From Saprospiraceae bacterium (lineage in GTDB: Bacteria > Bacteroidota > Bacteroidia > Chitinophagales > Saprospiraceae): a stretch of 64,000 nucleotides of DNA. The DNA lies in NCBI GenBank assembly GCA_016714985.1, contig JADKBS010000032.1:11036-75035 (forward strand), read 5' to 3'. Shown in pieces: positions 10,110 through 18,718 of this stretch. Made by a program: the position numbers and the translations under genes. The first letter of the stretch is position 1. Each line of letters begins with the position of its first letter. The notes under the pieces are model-generated. The model ran no database searches and had not been told where the DNA came from. It saw only the letters and a list, made by a program, of their open reading frames with translations.

Positions 10110-10214
10110 TTAAAACTTCTTGTCCTTGCTGCCTTTTGAGAAAATGGCATAAATGATAAGGCCACCAATAATGGCCAATGCAATATAAGGGAAAGTATTT
10201 TCGAAGAATTCCAT
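10110..10214 (-). CDS. Possible 34-aa single-pass membrane micro-protein upstream of nhaD
   Basis: The internal ATG of listed ORF 10110..10337 gives MEFFENTFPYIALAIIGGLIIYAIFSKGSKDKKF (one TM helix plus a basic tail). The longer N-terminal extension looks non-coding. Confidence 0.3.
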   Translation of the reverse strand: MEFFENTFPYIALAIIGGLIIYAIFSKGSKDKKF

Positions 10215-10381
10215 GATATAATGGTTGTGGCCGCACGTGCCTGAACGAGCCTGGCGTGCTTGACCGATTAGGGAGAATGCCCAGCAACCATAGCTAAATG
10301 GTGGTATGCATTGGCATCCATGCAACATGGGTATCAATGCAAGCGGGTCATTGCCGAATAAATGAGTTAAGAAAAGGAGGC

Positions 10382-10502
10382 AACTACTTAGCAGGGGGGG
10401 GTTGGGTAAAATTGAAAATTTTCCCCAAAAAACACCCCAAAATGTGGGAGGAGAGAGGAAAATGAAATTTTTCTCTCTCCTCCCACACCCTCCTAAGTAG
10501 TT
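10382..10502. repeat. Nested palindromic intergenic element containing a minus-strand terminator-like hairpin
   Basis: The outer arms AACTACTTAG (10382-10391) and CTAAGTAGTT (10493-10502) are inverted repeats. The inner stem GTGGGAGGAGAGAG (10444-10457) / CTCTCTCCTCCCAC (10473-10486) is a perfect 14 bp. On the minus strand the hairpin is followed by ATTTTGGGGTGTTTTTTGGGG. Confidence 0.7.
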
Positions 10503-10514
10503 ACGAAAAGGGAA

Positions 10515-10829
10515 TCAAGCGGCCTGTTTGGGCGGCGGTAGGATGATGGGAAGGAAGACTTGTTTTATCGCAAACTGCGGTTGTCCGCAATATTGCTTTG
10601 CATCGAACCCCGTTTCCATTGAAGGAATCGGATTGACAGGGGCGGCAATGTTCTTGAACCACTCTGTTTTCTCTTCCTTGCTCTCGGTGGGCAGGCTATC
10701 GTTGTGTGCATCAATGACGACCGGACACGGCCTTGCCGTTGCCTCCGGCCATACCAATGGACTTAGGTTGGCTGCGGAGACACAGGCCAGGGAAAGCAAT
10801 AGAATGGTATGTCGGAAGATGCCCCTCAT
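10515..10829 (-). CDS. Small secreted hypothetical protein
   Basis: 104 aa with the signal peptide MRGIFRHTILLLSLACVSAA. No family recognised. Confidence 0.4.
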   Translation of the reverse strand: MRGIFRHTILLLSLACVSAANLSPLVWPEATARPCPVVIDAHNDSLPTESKEEKTEWFKNIAAPVNPIPSMETGFDAKQYCGQPQFAIKQVFLPIILPPPKQAA

Positions 10830-10968
10830 ATCGAATATGATGGGGCAAGATAGCAGTTTTGTGAAAAATGAAAAGGATATTGCTCAGAACAAAGTATTGC
10901 TCATTGGAAGCCTTGAAGCTTGGTAAACGAGTATATTGGCCTTTGAATCAATCAACAACAACAAAATC

Positions 10969-11628
10969 ATGAAAAACAAGACCCTGTTTTTTGCAGCCCT
11001 TTTATTGGTGTTTTCAGCATGTAAACATTCCTCCCAGCCCACGACTGCCGTCGAACCTCCCTTGCTCGGATATTTCAAGACGATGCCCGCCACCGACACG
11101 CTGCACCTCGAACTGCCCACCGACGAGGAAACAGAAATACCCGGCGACACCATTCCCAATGCTGTATTTTTCTCCAGCCTCGATACCGCTTGGCTGCACG
11201 ACATTGAGCATGTGGCAACGCCCGGCGAGGCGGTCATTTATTCGCGGGGAAGGTTCCAATTGGCCAAGGGCTATGAAGGCTGCATCGTGGAGGTACACCA
11301 GCACTGGTTCAAGCATTGGTCGCTGCTCGTATATGACCAACAGCGCCATACCTTTACCGACCGCAGGACGGTGGCCGAATGGTACGGTGGCGAGGGCGGA
11401 CAGATACTCACGGGCAGTTGGTTGTTCGATTATGACGGCGATGGGAAGAGGGATCTTGTCCTTCGGGAAATCGAGCATTGGACGAAGCCCAACGATGCTG
11501 GCGAACCGCTGGAAACATTTGTGGAACGGGCGGGCTTGTTGCTTTGGAAGGATGGTGGTTTTGTGCCCTCGCCCTTGGCCGATACAGTTGCATTGGTGAA
11601 GCGGTGCCCTATCAGGTCGGTGTGGTAA
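10969..11628 (+). CDS. Lipoprotein with an FG-GAP-like C-terminal motif
   Basis: The ATG at 10969 gives MKNKTLFFAALLLVFSACKHS (lipobox). The protein contains 'FDYDGDGKRDLV'. A degenerate copy of its C-terminus lies at 12246-12459. Confidence 0.65.
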   Translation: MKNKTLFFAALLLVFSACKHSSQPTTAVEPPLLGYFKTMPATDTLHLELPTDEETEIPGDTIPNAVFFSSLDTAWLHDIEHVATPGEAVIYSRGRFQLAKGYEGCIVEVHQHWFKHWSLLVYDQQRHTFTDRRTVAEWYGGEGGQILTGSWLFDYDGDGKRDLVLREIEHWTKPNDAGEPLETFVERAGLLLWKDGGFVPSPLADTVALVKRCPIRSVW

Positions 11629-11659
11629 TCTGCTTTGCCGCCCCAATGCCAAAGCCATT

Positions 11660-12154
11660 TCATAACTCGATGCTTACGTCTTCCTTCATCCGCACCATCA
11701 GATCGGTCCGGTTAACGGGCACCCGGATGGTGAACAGCACGTCATGGTTTTGGAAAAAACCGGCCTTCTGTCGGTACCAACGGCCATCGTAAAGGAAGCT
11801 TACCTCATAGTAGTCATCGCCGTTGATGATGGAGAGGATATTGGGCGGGCCGCTGGGGGCCGTCAACGCCCGGAGCCGCTGCTCAAAGGCGAGGTGCGAG
11901 TCCTGTTTTTGCTCCGTAATGGTGGATATCACGGAGAATGTGCCTATGCTGTCGGCAGTGAAGAACACGAGACTGTCCTCGTCCGGCGAAAAATAGGTAA
12001 AGGGGAACAGCGATGCAGGATAGTCGAGGCAATAGCCAAACCGCTCGTTGCAGTACTGCTGACTGCTGCGAATTGCAGGTGCTTTCCACCCAAACCATGC
12101 CATGCAAAGTAAGGAAGCCCCCGCAAGCAAGAAGAAGGCTGCTTTGGTAGCCAT
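11660..12154 (-). CDS. Hypothetical secreted or membrane-anchored protein
   Basis: 164 aa with a hydrophobic N-terminus (MATKAAFFLLAGASLLCMAWFGW). Convergent with 10969..11628. Confidence 0.5.
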   Translation of the reverse strand: MATKAAFFLLAGASLLCMAWFGWKAPAIRSSQQYCNERFGYCLDYPASLFPFTYFSPDEDSLVFFTADSIGTFSVISTITEQKQDSHLAFEQRLRALTAPSGPPNILSIINGDDYYEVSFLYDGRWYRQKAGFFQNHDVLFTIRVPVNRTDLMVRMKEDVSIEL

Positions 12155-12245
12155 TAAGTGAAGGCTTGCAAAGGAAGTGCCACATGGTGTTAGTAAGGAT
12201 TTGAGCTTATTAAAGGAGGGCAGTCAAAGTTTCTTTTTGGGTGAT

Positions 12246-12459
12246 TGGGAGTTAGTAGTTCGACTATGAAGGCGATGGTGGAAAAGACCTCGTGCGGCGT
12301 GAAATCGAGTATCCCATGAAGATGGATTAGCAGGGTGAACCGATTGAATCCAAAGTGGAGCGGGGGAGTTTACTGCTGCTCAAGGATGGGAGGTTCACAC
12401 AGTCGTCGGCGGATTCTGCGATGCTAGTTCAACGGTATCCTATACGGTCGGTATGGTAG
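12246..12459 (+). pseudogene. Degenerate fragment paralogous to the C-terminus of 10969..11628
   Basis: Hand translation gives GS**FDYEGDGGKDLVRREIEYPMKMD*QGEPIESKVERGSLLLLKDGRFTQSSADSAMLVQRYPIRSVW*. The intact gene reads GSWLFDYDGDGKRDLVLREIEHWTKPNDAGEPLETFVERAGLLLWKDGGFVPSPLADTVALVKRCPIRSVW*. The fragment has three in-frame TAG stops and lacks the N-terminal two-thirds. Confidence 0.8.
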
Positions 12460-12461
12460 GG

Positions 12462-12911
12462 CTATTTGTAAAGCTGAATCGCAGCGTTGGCAAAATCGTT
12501 CGACAAGGATTTGCCGTTCAATTGCAGGGTCTCAAACTCAAGGATACCGGGGCAACACTTGTCACCCTCAGACAGTATGGACGTGATGGTCAAGGTGTCT
12601 GGCTTAAGGGAACCAAGTTGGATGATAAAGCTGTCCACATTTGGGTGGGCTGAAACGCTGGCAATGTACTCGTCCCCTGATGGGGCAATGGTGATACTGC
12701 TACCGGGATTTTCGTTGTTGACTAATTTTTCCGTAATGGTCAACGAAGTCAAGGGGTAGCTTCCATTGATGATTAAGTCGGTACTGTCCGTTTGGGAGAG
12801 GAAATGGAAGAAGACACGCTCATCAATGGCACAGTCCACATTATTGCACTCACAGGAGGCAAAAGAACCGATACAAGCAATTGCGAAGCAAAGGAGAAGG
12901 GTGTTTTTCAT
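12462..12911 (-). CDS. Hypothetical lipoprotein
   Basis: 149 aa. MKNTLLLCFAIACIGSFASC is a lipoprotein signal. Confidence 0.55.
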   Translation of the reverse strand: MKNTLLLCFAIACIGSFASCECNNVDCAIDERVFFHFLSQTDSTDLIINGSYPLTSLTITEKLVNNENPGSSITIAPSGDEYIASVSAHPNVDSFIIQLGSLKPDTLTITSILSEGDKCCPGILEFETLQLNGKSLSNDFANAAIQLYK

Positions 12912-13093
12912 AAATTGTGGTTAATGGTAAAATTCTCTGGAATAAGGGACTACGAAAAATGACCATTAGGACACAAAGAAAGCATAAAACAGTTGGGTTA
13001 AGCGATTTGGTTAAAAATATTACATTCGCCCCATCCAAAATCATTAAAGCCGTTAATGGCAAAATTCAGGATAGGAAGTTCAACGCCCAACCC

Positions 13094-13121
13094 TGATTGC
13101 CAACTGCTGACTGCCAACTGC
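13094..13121. repeat. Two tandem copies of a 14-mer immediately upstream of the GMC oxidoreductase start
   Basis: tgattgccaactgc followed by tgactgccaactgc, ending 5 nt before the ATG at 13127. Confidence 0.85.
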
Positions 13122-13126
13122 AAAAT

Positions 13127-14854
13127 ATGCCTAACATCAACGGGAAAGCACAACAAGATCGCACCTACGACGCCATCGTCGTGGGCAGCGGTATCAGCGG
13201 CGGGTGGGCCGCCAAGGAACTCACCGAAAAGGGCCTCAACGTGCTCATGCTGGAACGGGGCAGGAACATGGAACATGTCAAGGGCTATACCGGGGCGCTC
13301 AACAACCCCTGGGACGTGAAGAACCGGGGCATGATTCCGAAGGAAATCCTCGACCAGCACCCCGTTCAGAAAGATTGCTACGCCTTCCAAATTGACAATC
13401 AGGACTTTTGGGTGAACGACATCCAGAACCCCTACCAACAGGACAAACCCTTCAATTGGTTTAGGGGCGACCACCTTGGCGGGCGCTCGCTCACTTGGGG
13501 CAAGCAAAGCTACCGCTGGAGCGAAATGGATTTTGAAAGCAATGCCCGTGACGGCCACGGCGTGGACTGGCCCATCCGCTACAAGGACCTCGAAAAATGG
13601 TACGACTACGTGGAAACCTTTGCTGGCATCAGTGGCTCAAAGGAAGGGCTGGCCCAACTGCCCGACAGCAAGTACCTGCCCGCCATGGAGATGAACTGCC
13701 TCGAAAGGCATACCTCCGCTACCATCAAGAAAAATTGGAACGACCGCCGAATGATCATAGGCCGGGTGGCGCACCTGACCGAGCCAAAAGAGCAGCACCT
13801 GAAACTGGGACGGGGCAAGTGCCAGCACCGCAACCGCTGCCATTGGGGCTGCCCTTATGGCGCTTATTTCAGCAGCCTTTCGGCAACGATACCGGCTGCC
13901 ATGGCCACGGGCCGCCTCACCGTCCGTACCGATGCCAACGTGAGCGAGGTCATTTACGATGAAAAAACACAACGTGCCACGGGCGTGCGCTTCATTGACC
14001 GCAACTCCAAGCAGACCGAGGAGTATTTTGCTAAAATCATCTTCCTCAATGCCAGCACCATCGGCACCTCTTTCGTGCTGCTCAACTCCAAGAGCAGCCG
14101 CTTCCCCAACGGCCTTGGCAACGACAGCGGCGTCATCGGCCACTATCTGATGGACCACCACTTCGGCGTTGGGGCCTTCGGTGTTCACGACGACTTCGGC
14201 GACCAGTACTGGTCGGGCCGCAGGCCAAACGGCATCTACGTGCCCCGCTTCCGCAACCTGCCTGGCAAGAAGCAGGAAAATGACTACGTGCGGGGCTTCG
14301 GCTTTCAGGGCGGGGCTGACCGGGGCGGCTGGGGCCGGGTGAACGGCAAGCCGGGCTTTGGCGCAGCCATGAAAAAGGAAATGCACGATCCCGGCCAATG
14401 GAGCTTCTGGCTCGGCGGCTGGGCGGAGCACCTGCCGCATTTCGACAACAAGGTCACGCTCGACACTAGCAAGACCGACCCTTGGGGCCTGCCGCTCCTC
14501 CATATTGATTGCGAGTTCAAAGACAACGAAAAGGCGATGCGCAAGGACATCATGAAATGCGCTGCCGAGATGCTCGAAGCCGCTGGCCACAAGAACATCT
14601 CCCAGTTCGACGACCTGGAGACGACGCCACCCGGCCACTGCATCCACGAGATGGGCACCTGTCGCATGGGCAAAGACCCCAAAACCTCGGCGCTGAACGG
14701 CAACAACCAAATGTGGAACGTGCCAAATGTCTTCGTTACGGACGGCTCCTGCATGGCCAGCACTGCCTGCCAGAACCCGTCGCTTACGTACATGGCGCTG
14801 ACGGCACGGGCGGCGGATATTGCGGTGCAGCAGTTGAAACGAGGGGAATTGTAG
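13127..14854 (+). CDS. GMC-family FAD-dependent oxidoreductase
   Basis: The start at 13127 gives MPNINGKAQQDRTYDAIVVGSGISGGWAAKELTEKGLNVLMLERG (Rossmann GxGxxG). The length and the C-terminal 'HEMGTCRMG...VFVTDGS' are typical of the GMC family. Confidence 0.85.
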   Translation: MPNINGKAQQDRTYDAIVVGSGISGGWAAKELTEKGLNVLMLERGRNMEHVKGYTGALNNPWDVKNRGMIPKEILDQHPVQKDCYAFQIDNQDFWVNDIQNPYQQDKPFNWFRGDHLGGRSLTWGKQSYRWSEMDFESNARDGHGVDWPIRYKDLEKWYDYVETFAGISGSKEGLAQLPDSKYLPAMEMNCLERHTSATIKKNWNDRRMIIGRVAHLTEPKEQHLKLGRGKCQHRNRCHWGCPYGAYFSSLSATIPAAMATGRLTVRTDANVSEVIYDEKTQRATGVRFIDRNSKQTEEYFAKIIFLNASTIGTSFVLLNSKSSRFPNGLGNDSGVIGHYLMDHHFGVGAFGVHDDFGDQYWSGRRPNGIYVPRFRNLPGKKQENDYVRGFGFQGGADRGGWGRVNGKPGFGAAMKKEMHDPGQWSFWLGGWAEHLPHFDNKVTLDTSKTDPWGLPLLHIDCEFKDNEKAMRKDIMKCAAEMLEAAGHKNISQFDDLETTPPGHCIHEMGTCRMGKDPKTSALNGNNQMWNVPNVFVTDGSCMASTACQNPSLTYMALTARAADIAVQQLKRGEL

Positions 14855-14912
14855 GGGCGAACCTTGCGGTCGCCCAGATGGGCCTGAAAGGTTTAAAAAG
14901 TTGATAACATAA

Positions 14913-14946
14913 AAAAGGCCATCGGAATTAATGCCCGATGGCCTTT
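14913..14946. terminator. Bidirectional intrinsic terminator between convergent genes
   Basis: AAAAGGCCATCGG (14913-14925) pairs perfectly with CCGATGGCCTTTT (14934-14946). The A/T runs on both sides serve both strands. Confidence 0.75.
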
Positions 14947-14972
14947 TATGTTTCATCAAGAGTAGGAAGCAA

Positions 14973-15611
14973 TTACTCAATATGATACTCCACCAAGCGG
15001 CTTTCGTAATAATCTGGGGTGCTGTAAAATGAAATATAGTGCTGCACCAACCCAACTCCCTTTGCATAGTAATAGGGATAAGTGCGAACCCCAAAGGGAG
15101 ATTCAAGTCCCAACGGATAAATAAGGAGGTCTTTGGAAAGGCACTCCTCAAAAGTGCCAGCGGGGACAGTTACAGGGGAGAACCCAGTCTTCATTTTTTC
15201 TTCAGTCCAGAACAATGGGAAGTCGCCGCTCCAAGTCGTGTCTTGTCCCAATAAAATGCCCTGATTTACGGAAAACACTGGCGTTCCCCCATCTGCTTTC
15301 ACCAAGAACCCGCTGGAGTCACGATAAAGGTGCTCGAATTCGCCGCCGAAATTGGTGCCTTTCACTTTGGCATAAGTAAAGCCATTCACTACTTCCTCGC
15401 CTGTTACGGTCACCGTATCAATCCTAATGTAAGGTGTTTCGTTGCCCATTGTGTCAATCTTGACCCAATTGTAAATCCAATAGTTGCCGGGTGAGAGCGG
15501 AAAGTATTCGGTGGCAGAGATGGGTGCAGTCGTGGCGTCGTCGTCCTTGTCTTTGCAAGAAAAGGCAAGCATGATAGTGTAGGCCAAAAACAGATAAGCT
15601 AGGTTTTTCAT
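14973..15611 (-). CDS. Hypothetical lipoprotein
   Basis: 212 aa. MKNLAYLFLAYTIMLAFSCKDKDDD is a lipoprotein signal. Confidence 0.6.
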   Translation of the reverse strand: MKNLAYLFLAYTIMLAFSCKDKDDDATTAPISATEYFPLSPGNYWIYNWVKIDTMGNETPYIRIDTVTVTGEEVVNGFTYAKVKGTNFGGEFEHLYRDSSGFLVKADGGTPVFSVNQGILLGQDTTWSGDFPLFWTEEKMKTGFSPVTVPAGTFEECLSKDLLIYPLGLESPFGVRTYPYYYAKGVGLVQHYISFYSTPDYYESRLVEYHIE

Positions 15612-15692
15612 CTTGAAACTTAATTTGGTGAAGAATGGGGCTATAACGATATGGTGGGCTTACTTTTGTTTAAAGTCAATAAATTAACAGCC

Positions 15693-16253
15693 ATGAAAGC
15701 AGCCACCACCTTCCCCCACCAATACCTCGAGAAAATGCTCCACACCGAAGACCAGCACCTGCGAAAGCTGCACGGTCTGGTTTCCGATGCCTTGAAGGAA
15801 GAAAAATTGATTGTAAAAAACTTGCGGCAGCAATCCACGGAAAAGTCCACCACCGGCCAGCGCATTGCTGATCAAGTGGCGACCTTTGGCGGAAGCTGGA
15901 CCTTTATCATCAGCTTCGGCATGGTGCTGGCGGCCTGGATTGGTGCCAACGTGGTCATGGCCACCAAGGCATTCGATCCGTACCCGTTCATCCTGCTCAA
16001 CCTGGTGCTGTCCACCATAGCCGCCCTGCAAGCCCCGGTCATCATGATGTCGCAGAACCGCAAAGAGGAAAAAGACCGAAAACGGGCAGAGAACGACTAT
16101 ATCATCAACTTGAAGGCCGAAATCGAAATCCGCAACCTGCACCAAAAAATCAACCTGCTGATGGAGGAGCAGTTCCAGACATTGTTGGATGTGCAGAAGT
16201 ACCAAGTGCAATTGCTGGAGGAGATTGCAGGGAAGAAAGGCGGGGGTAAATGA
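15693..16253 (+). CDS. DUF1003-like membrane protein
   Basis: The ATG at 15693 (MKAATTFPHQYLEK...) is followed by two TM helices, then 'MMSQNRKEEKDRKRAENDYIINLKAEIEIRNLHQKI', as in the DUF1003 family. Confidence 0.75.
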   Translation: MKAATTFPHQYLEKMLHTEDQHLRKLHGLVSDALKEEKLIVKNLRQQSTEKSTTGQRIADQVATFGGSWTFIISFGMVLAAWIGANVVMATKAFDPYPFILLNLVLSTIAALQAPVIMMSQNRKEEKDRKRAENDYIINLKAEIEIRNLHQKINLLMEEQFQTLLDVQKYQVQLLEEIAGKKGGGK

Positions 16254-16276
16254 AATTGGGAAATTGGGAAATTGAG
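16252..16276. repeat. Short tandem array of GAAATTGG(G) units overlapping the DUF1003 stop codon
   Basis: gaaattggg aaattggg aaattgag. This is the same unit as the arms of the palindromic array at 54042-54134. Confidence 0.85.
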
Positions 16277-16296
16277 TGAAGCGATTGAACCCTCAA

Positions 16297-17721
16297 TCAC
16301 TCGGAATAGTACAACCTCTCCTCCTCCGTAACCCGCCAGATTTGCAGCAATTGGGCATTCAGTTTGGAGGCATTGGGGTGCGTGATTTTTTCATTCCAGC
16401 CAAGCACGGGACAGTCGCTGGCCAGTTTCACTTTATTTTCCGAGGAGCGGGCAATGGTTTCCAGTGCCGCTTTTTCGCAGTCGTTGTGGTCAAACTCCGG
16501 CAGGTCGGCAGTGGTGACTGCCAGCGAAAGGGCGGCCAAGCCCCAGGCATACCAGCGGCGTTTCGGCCAGTTGTTGCGGAGCAATATAATTGCCGTTTTT
16601 GCATAAAAAAATACCAAGCAAAGCGTGACGGGCAGTATCGTATCGTGCCGGACGATGAGTGAGCGATAGTGCCGGTATCCGCCCAAAGGCAACAGCAGCA
16701 GGTATGCGACGATGAAAACGATTAGCCATTTCCCAATGAGCTTGACTTGGGCTTTGTCTTGGGCACTAGCGAATTTCCGTATCAAAACGAGGTTGACCAC
16801 AATGCCCAATAGCAGCAGTGGGAAGCCCAATTTCAAGGTCAAAATTGAGGCAAGCCCACGCAGTAGGGCAGGGTAGCGCCCTGTCAAGGAAATGATGGCA
16901 GGGCTGTCCGATTCGCTGTTGAAGCTGCCAACGTAAAGCGACCAAAGCGAGAGTAGCACGACCAGCATGAAATAAAAAAGCAGTGGTTTGGGCATTTCGG
17001 CAGCGGCTTTGGTTGCCCTTCGGGCAATGGGAAAGTCGGTCAGTTCACGCATGTTTTTCACATAAAAAAATAGCAAGGCAAATGGGCAAACGATGAGCAA
17101 AATGCCCGGCACGAGCGGCCCGCTCAATGGCAGTGCCACGGCCAAGGGCAGCAGCCAGAGGTGTTGCCAACGCTGGACATTGCCGCGGTAAAAAGGGAGG
17201 AAAAAGGCCAATAGGAAGGCCATCGGCAACGGGTAGAAAAAGGTGTAGGTGATGGATTTTTCGATGATGCCCATCTGTAGATTGTAGCCATAGGCTTGGA
17301 AAAACGGCGTTACCAACGCTGCGGCCAGCAGCAGTTCCCAGCGGCGGTTCCCACCTACGGCGAATGCGGCCAGCAGTCCAATAAGGGCCAATTGTAAGGC
17401 GGTTTTCAGCAGGGCACTGGAGCGGTAAACGCTGTTGACGGGATTCGAAAACGCTTGTAGAGCTTGTGGCAAGTGCATGAAAAACCAACGCATCGGGGCA
17501 TGAACGAAGTAGCGGTTGGGGGCGCAGTACCGCTCGCCCTCCAGTACGGTGAGGCCAAAGGGGTCGTGCAGCACCTGCTCATATTTGTCCGCTGGCACGA
17601 CGATGGGGGCGATGTCGCCATCGAGCACAGCGTTCAGGTGCTGGAAGAAGGAATATCCCCCGTCTAACAAGAGGAACAGCACCACCAGTACGAGGATGGC
17701 GTGTGGCGGCTCAGTGCGCAT
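16297..17721 (-). CDS. Large polytopic membrane protein of unknown function
   Basis: It has more than 10 hydrophobic segments. The preferred start is the ATG at 17721 (MRTEPPHAILVLVV...), which overlaps the stop of the upstream gene in the string ATGCGCACTGA. The listed start at 17775 would overlap that gene by 65 nt. Confidence 0.6.
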   Translation of the reverse strand: MRTEPPHAILVLVVLFLLLDGGYSFFQHLNAVLDGDIAPIVVPADKYEQVLHDPFGLTVLEGERYCAPNRYFVHAPMRWFFMHLPQALQAFSNPVNSVYRSSALLKTALQLALIGLLAAFAVGGNRRWELLLAAALVTPFFQAYGYNLQMGIIEKSITYTFFYPLPMAFLLAFFLPFYRGNVQRWQHLWLLPLAVALPLSGPLVPGILLIVCPFALLFFYVKNMRELTDFPIARRATKAAAEMPKPLLFYFMLVVLLSLWSLYVGSFNSESDSPAIISLTGRYPALLRGLASILTLKLGFPLLLLGIVVNLVLIRKFASAQDKAQVKLIGKWLIVFIVAYLLLLPLGGYRHYRSLIVRHDTILPVTLCLVFFYAKTAIILLRNNWPKRRWYAWGLAALSLAVTTADLPEFDHNDCEKAALETIARSSENKVKLASDCPVLGWNEKITHPNASKLNAQLLQIWRVTEEERLYYSE

Positions 17722-18061
17722 TTTCAGCCAAGTGAAGTTTGTGTAGCAGGCGGTGCAGGGCTGGCGCAATGACAATGGACACCGCTGCTAGGAATGCAAT
17801 GCCGCTGTACAAGGCGTAAAATGCAGCGAACAGTTTGCAGCTATCAGTTTCGGCGCCGGGGCCGGGGCCCATCCCCGTCAAAATCATGGCGGCGTTGTAG
17901 AAGCCATCAATCAACGAGAGGCCACCAAGGTAGCAGTAGCCGAACATGCCCACACCGAGTGAAAAGGCGATGAGCACCGCACTGGCCAAAAAATAGCGGA
18001 ACACCCGGCGGCGGAAAACGGCGGGCTTGGCAAGGGGCTGCTTTTTGTGCTCGAATTTCAT
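17711..18061 (-). CDS. Small two-TM membrane protein
   Basis: The internal ATG at 18061 gives MKFEHKKQPLAKPAVFRRRVFRYFLASAVLIAFSLGVGMFGY... (116 aa). The upstream part of listed ORF 17711..18445 overlaps the divergent gene 18281..18703 and looks non-coding. Confidence 0.5.
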   Translation of the reverse strand: MKFEHKKQPLAKPAVFRRRVFRYFLASAVLIAFSLGVGMFGYCYLGGLSLIDGFYNAAMILTGMGPGPGAETDSCKLFAAFYALYSGIAFLAAVSIVIAPALHRLLHKLHLAENAH

Positions 18062-18280
18062 GCTGGCGAATTTTTGGCGAAAATAGTCCAAGTTTGCACT
18101 TAGGGACGAGACACCAATAAAATGTACATCTTGGCCGGCTCTTTTTCCTTCTAAATCGCTTAAAAAATAAGTCCGTAGCGCTGCTATGCACTGATTTTTT
18201 AAGCGATTTACAAGAAAAAATAGCTCACCCAATCTTGTACACTTTATTGATGCCTCGTCCCTAAAACATTCCAACCCACC

Positions 18281-18703
18281 ATGCAGCAAGCCATAATTTT
18301 CGCCCTTTTGTCCATGCTCTTTGCGGGCTTCACCTCTGTAATCGCCAAGATGGGGCTGAAAAACGTCAGCGGGGATGCCGCCCTCGTGGTGCGCACGGTC
18401 TTCGTCATGGCCGTCGTGCTGGCCAATGCGGCCCTGTTCCGCCAATTCAAGGAGCTTAAGGCGCTGACAACCAGTGATATAACCTTTCTCGGCATCTCAG
18501 GTTTTACTGCAGCCATGTCGTGGATATTCTTTTACAAGGCCATCAAAATCGGCGACGTCTCGCAAATCATCCTGATTGACAAGGCGAGCATTTTGATAAC
18601 CTTGGTGCTCTCATTCCTCATCCTGAAAGAACCGATGACCCTGAAAACCCTCCTCGGTGGTGGGCTGATCCTGAGCGGACTATTGGTCTTGACTTTGAAA
18701 TAA
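18281..18703 (+). CDS. Single-EamA-domain (DMT superfamily) small transporter
   Basis: 140 aa with four to five TM segments. The N-terminus MQQAIIFALLSMLFAGFTSVIAKMGLKNVSG is typical of EamA-type proteins. Confidence 0.7.
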   Translation: MQQAIIFALLSMLFAGFTSVIAKMGLKNVSGDAALVVRTVFVMAVVLANAALFRQFKELKALTTSDITFLGISGFTAAMSWIFFYKAIKIGDVSQIILIDKASILITLVLSFLILKEPMTLKTLLGGGLILSGLLVLTLK

Positions 18704-18718
18704 TCAGCAACTTCGCTT

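Noticed and set aside
14855-14875. GGGCGA-N9-TCGCCC hairpin directly after the GMC stop codon
   Set aside because: The stem is only 6 bp and there is no U-tail, and the real terminator is at 14913-14946. It may belong to a small GC-rich hairpin repeat family, but one copy is not evidence.
13637-15151. 504-aa minus-strand ORF
   Set aside because: It is antisense to the well-supported GMC oxidoreductase and runs across the convergent terminator and into the next gene. Its Arg/Ala/Val/Gly-rich composition is typical of the reverse frame of a GC-rich gene.
18062-18445. N-terminal extension of ORF 17711..18445
   Set aside because: It overlaps the divergent EamA gene start and is hydrophilic junk. 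The internal ATG at 18061 gives a coherent two-TM protein.
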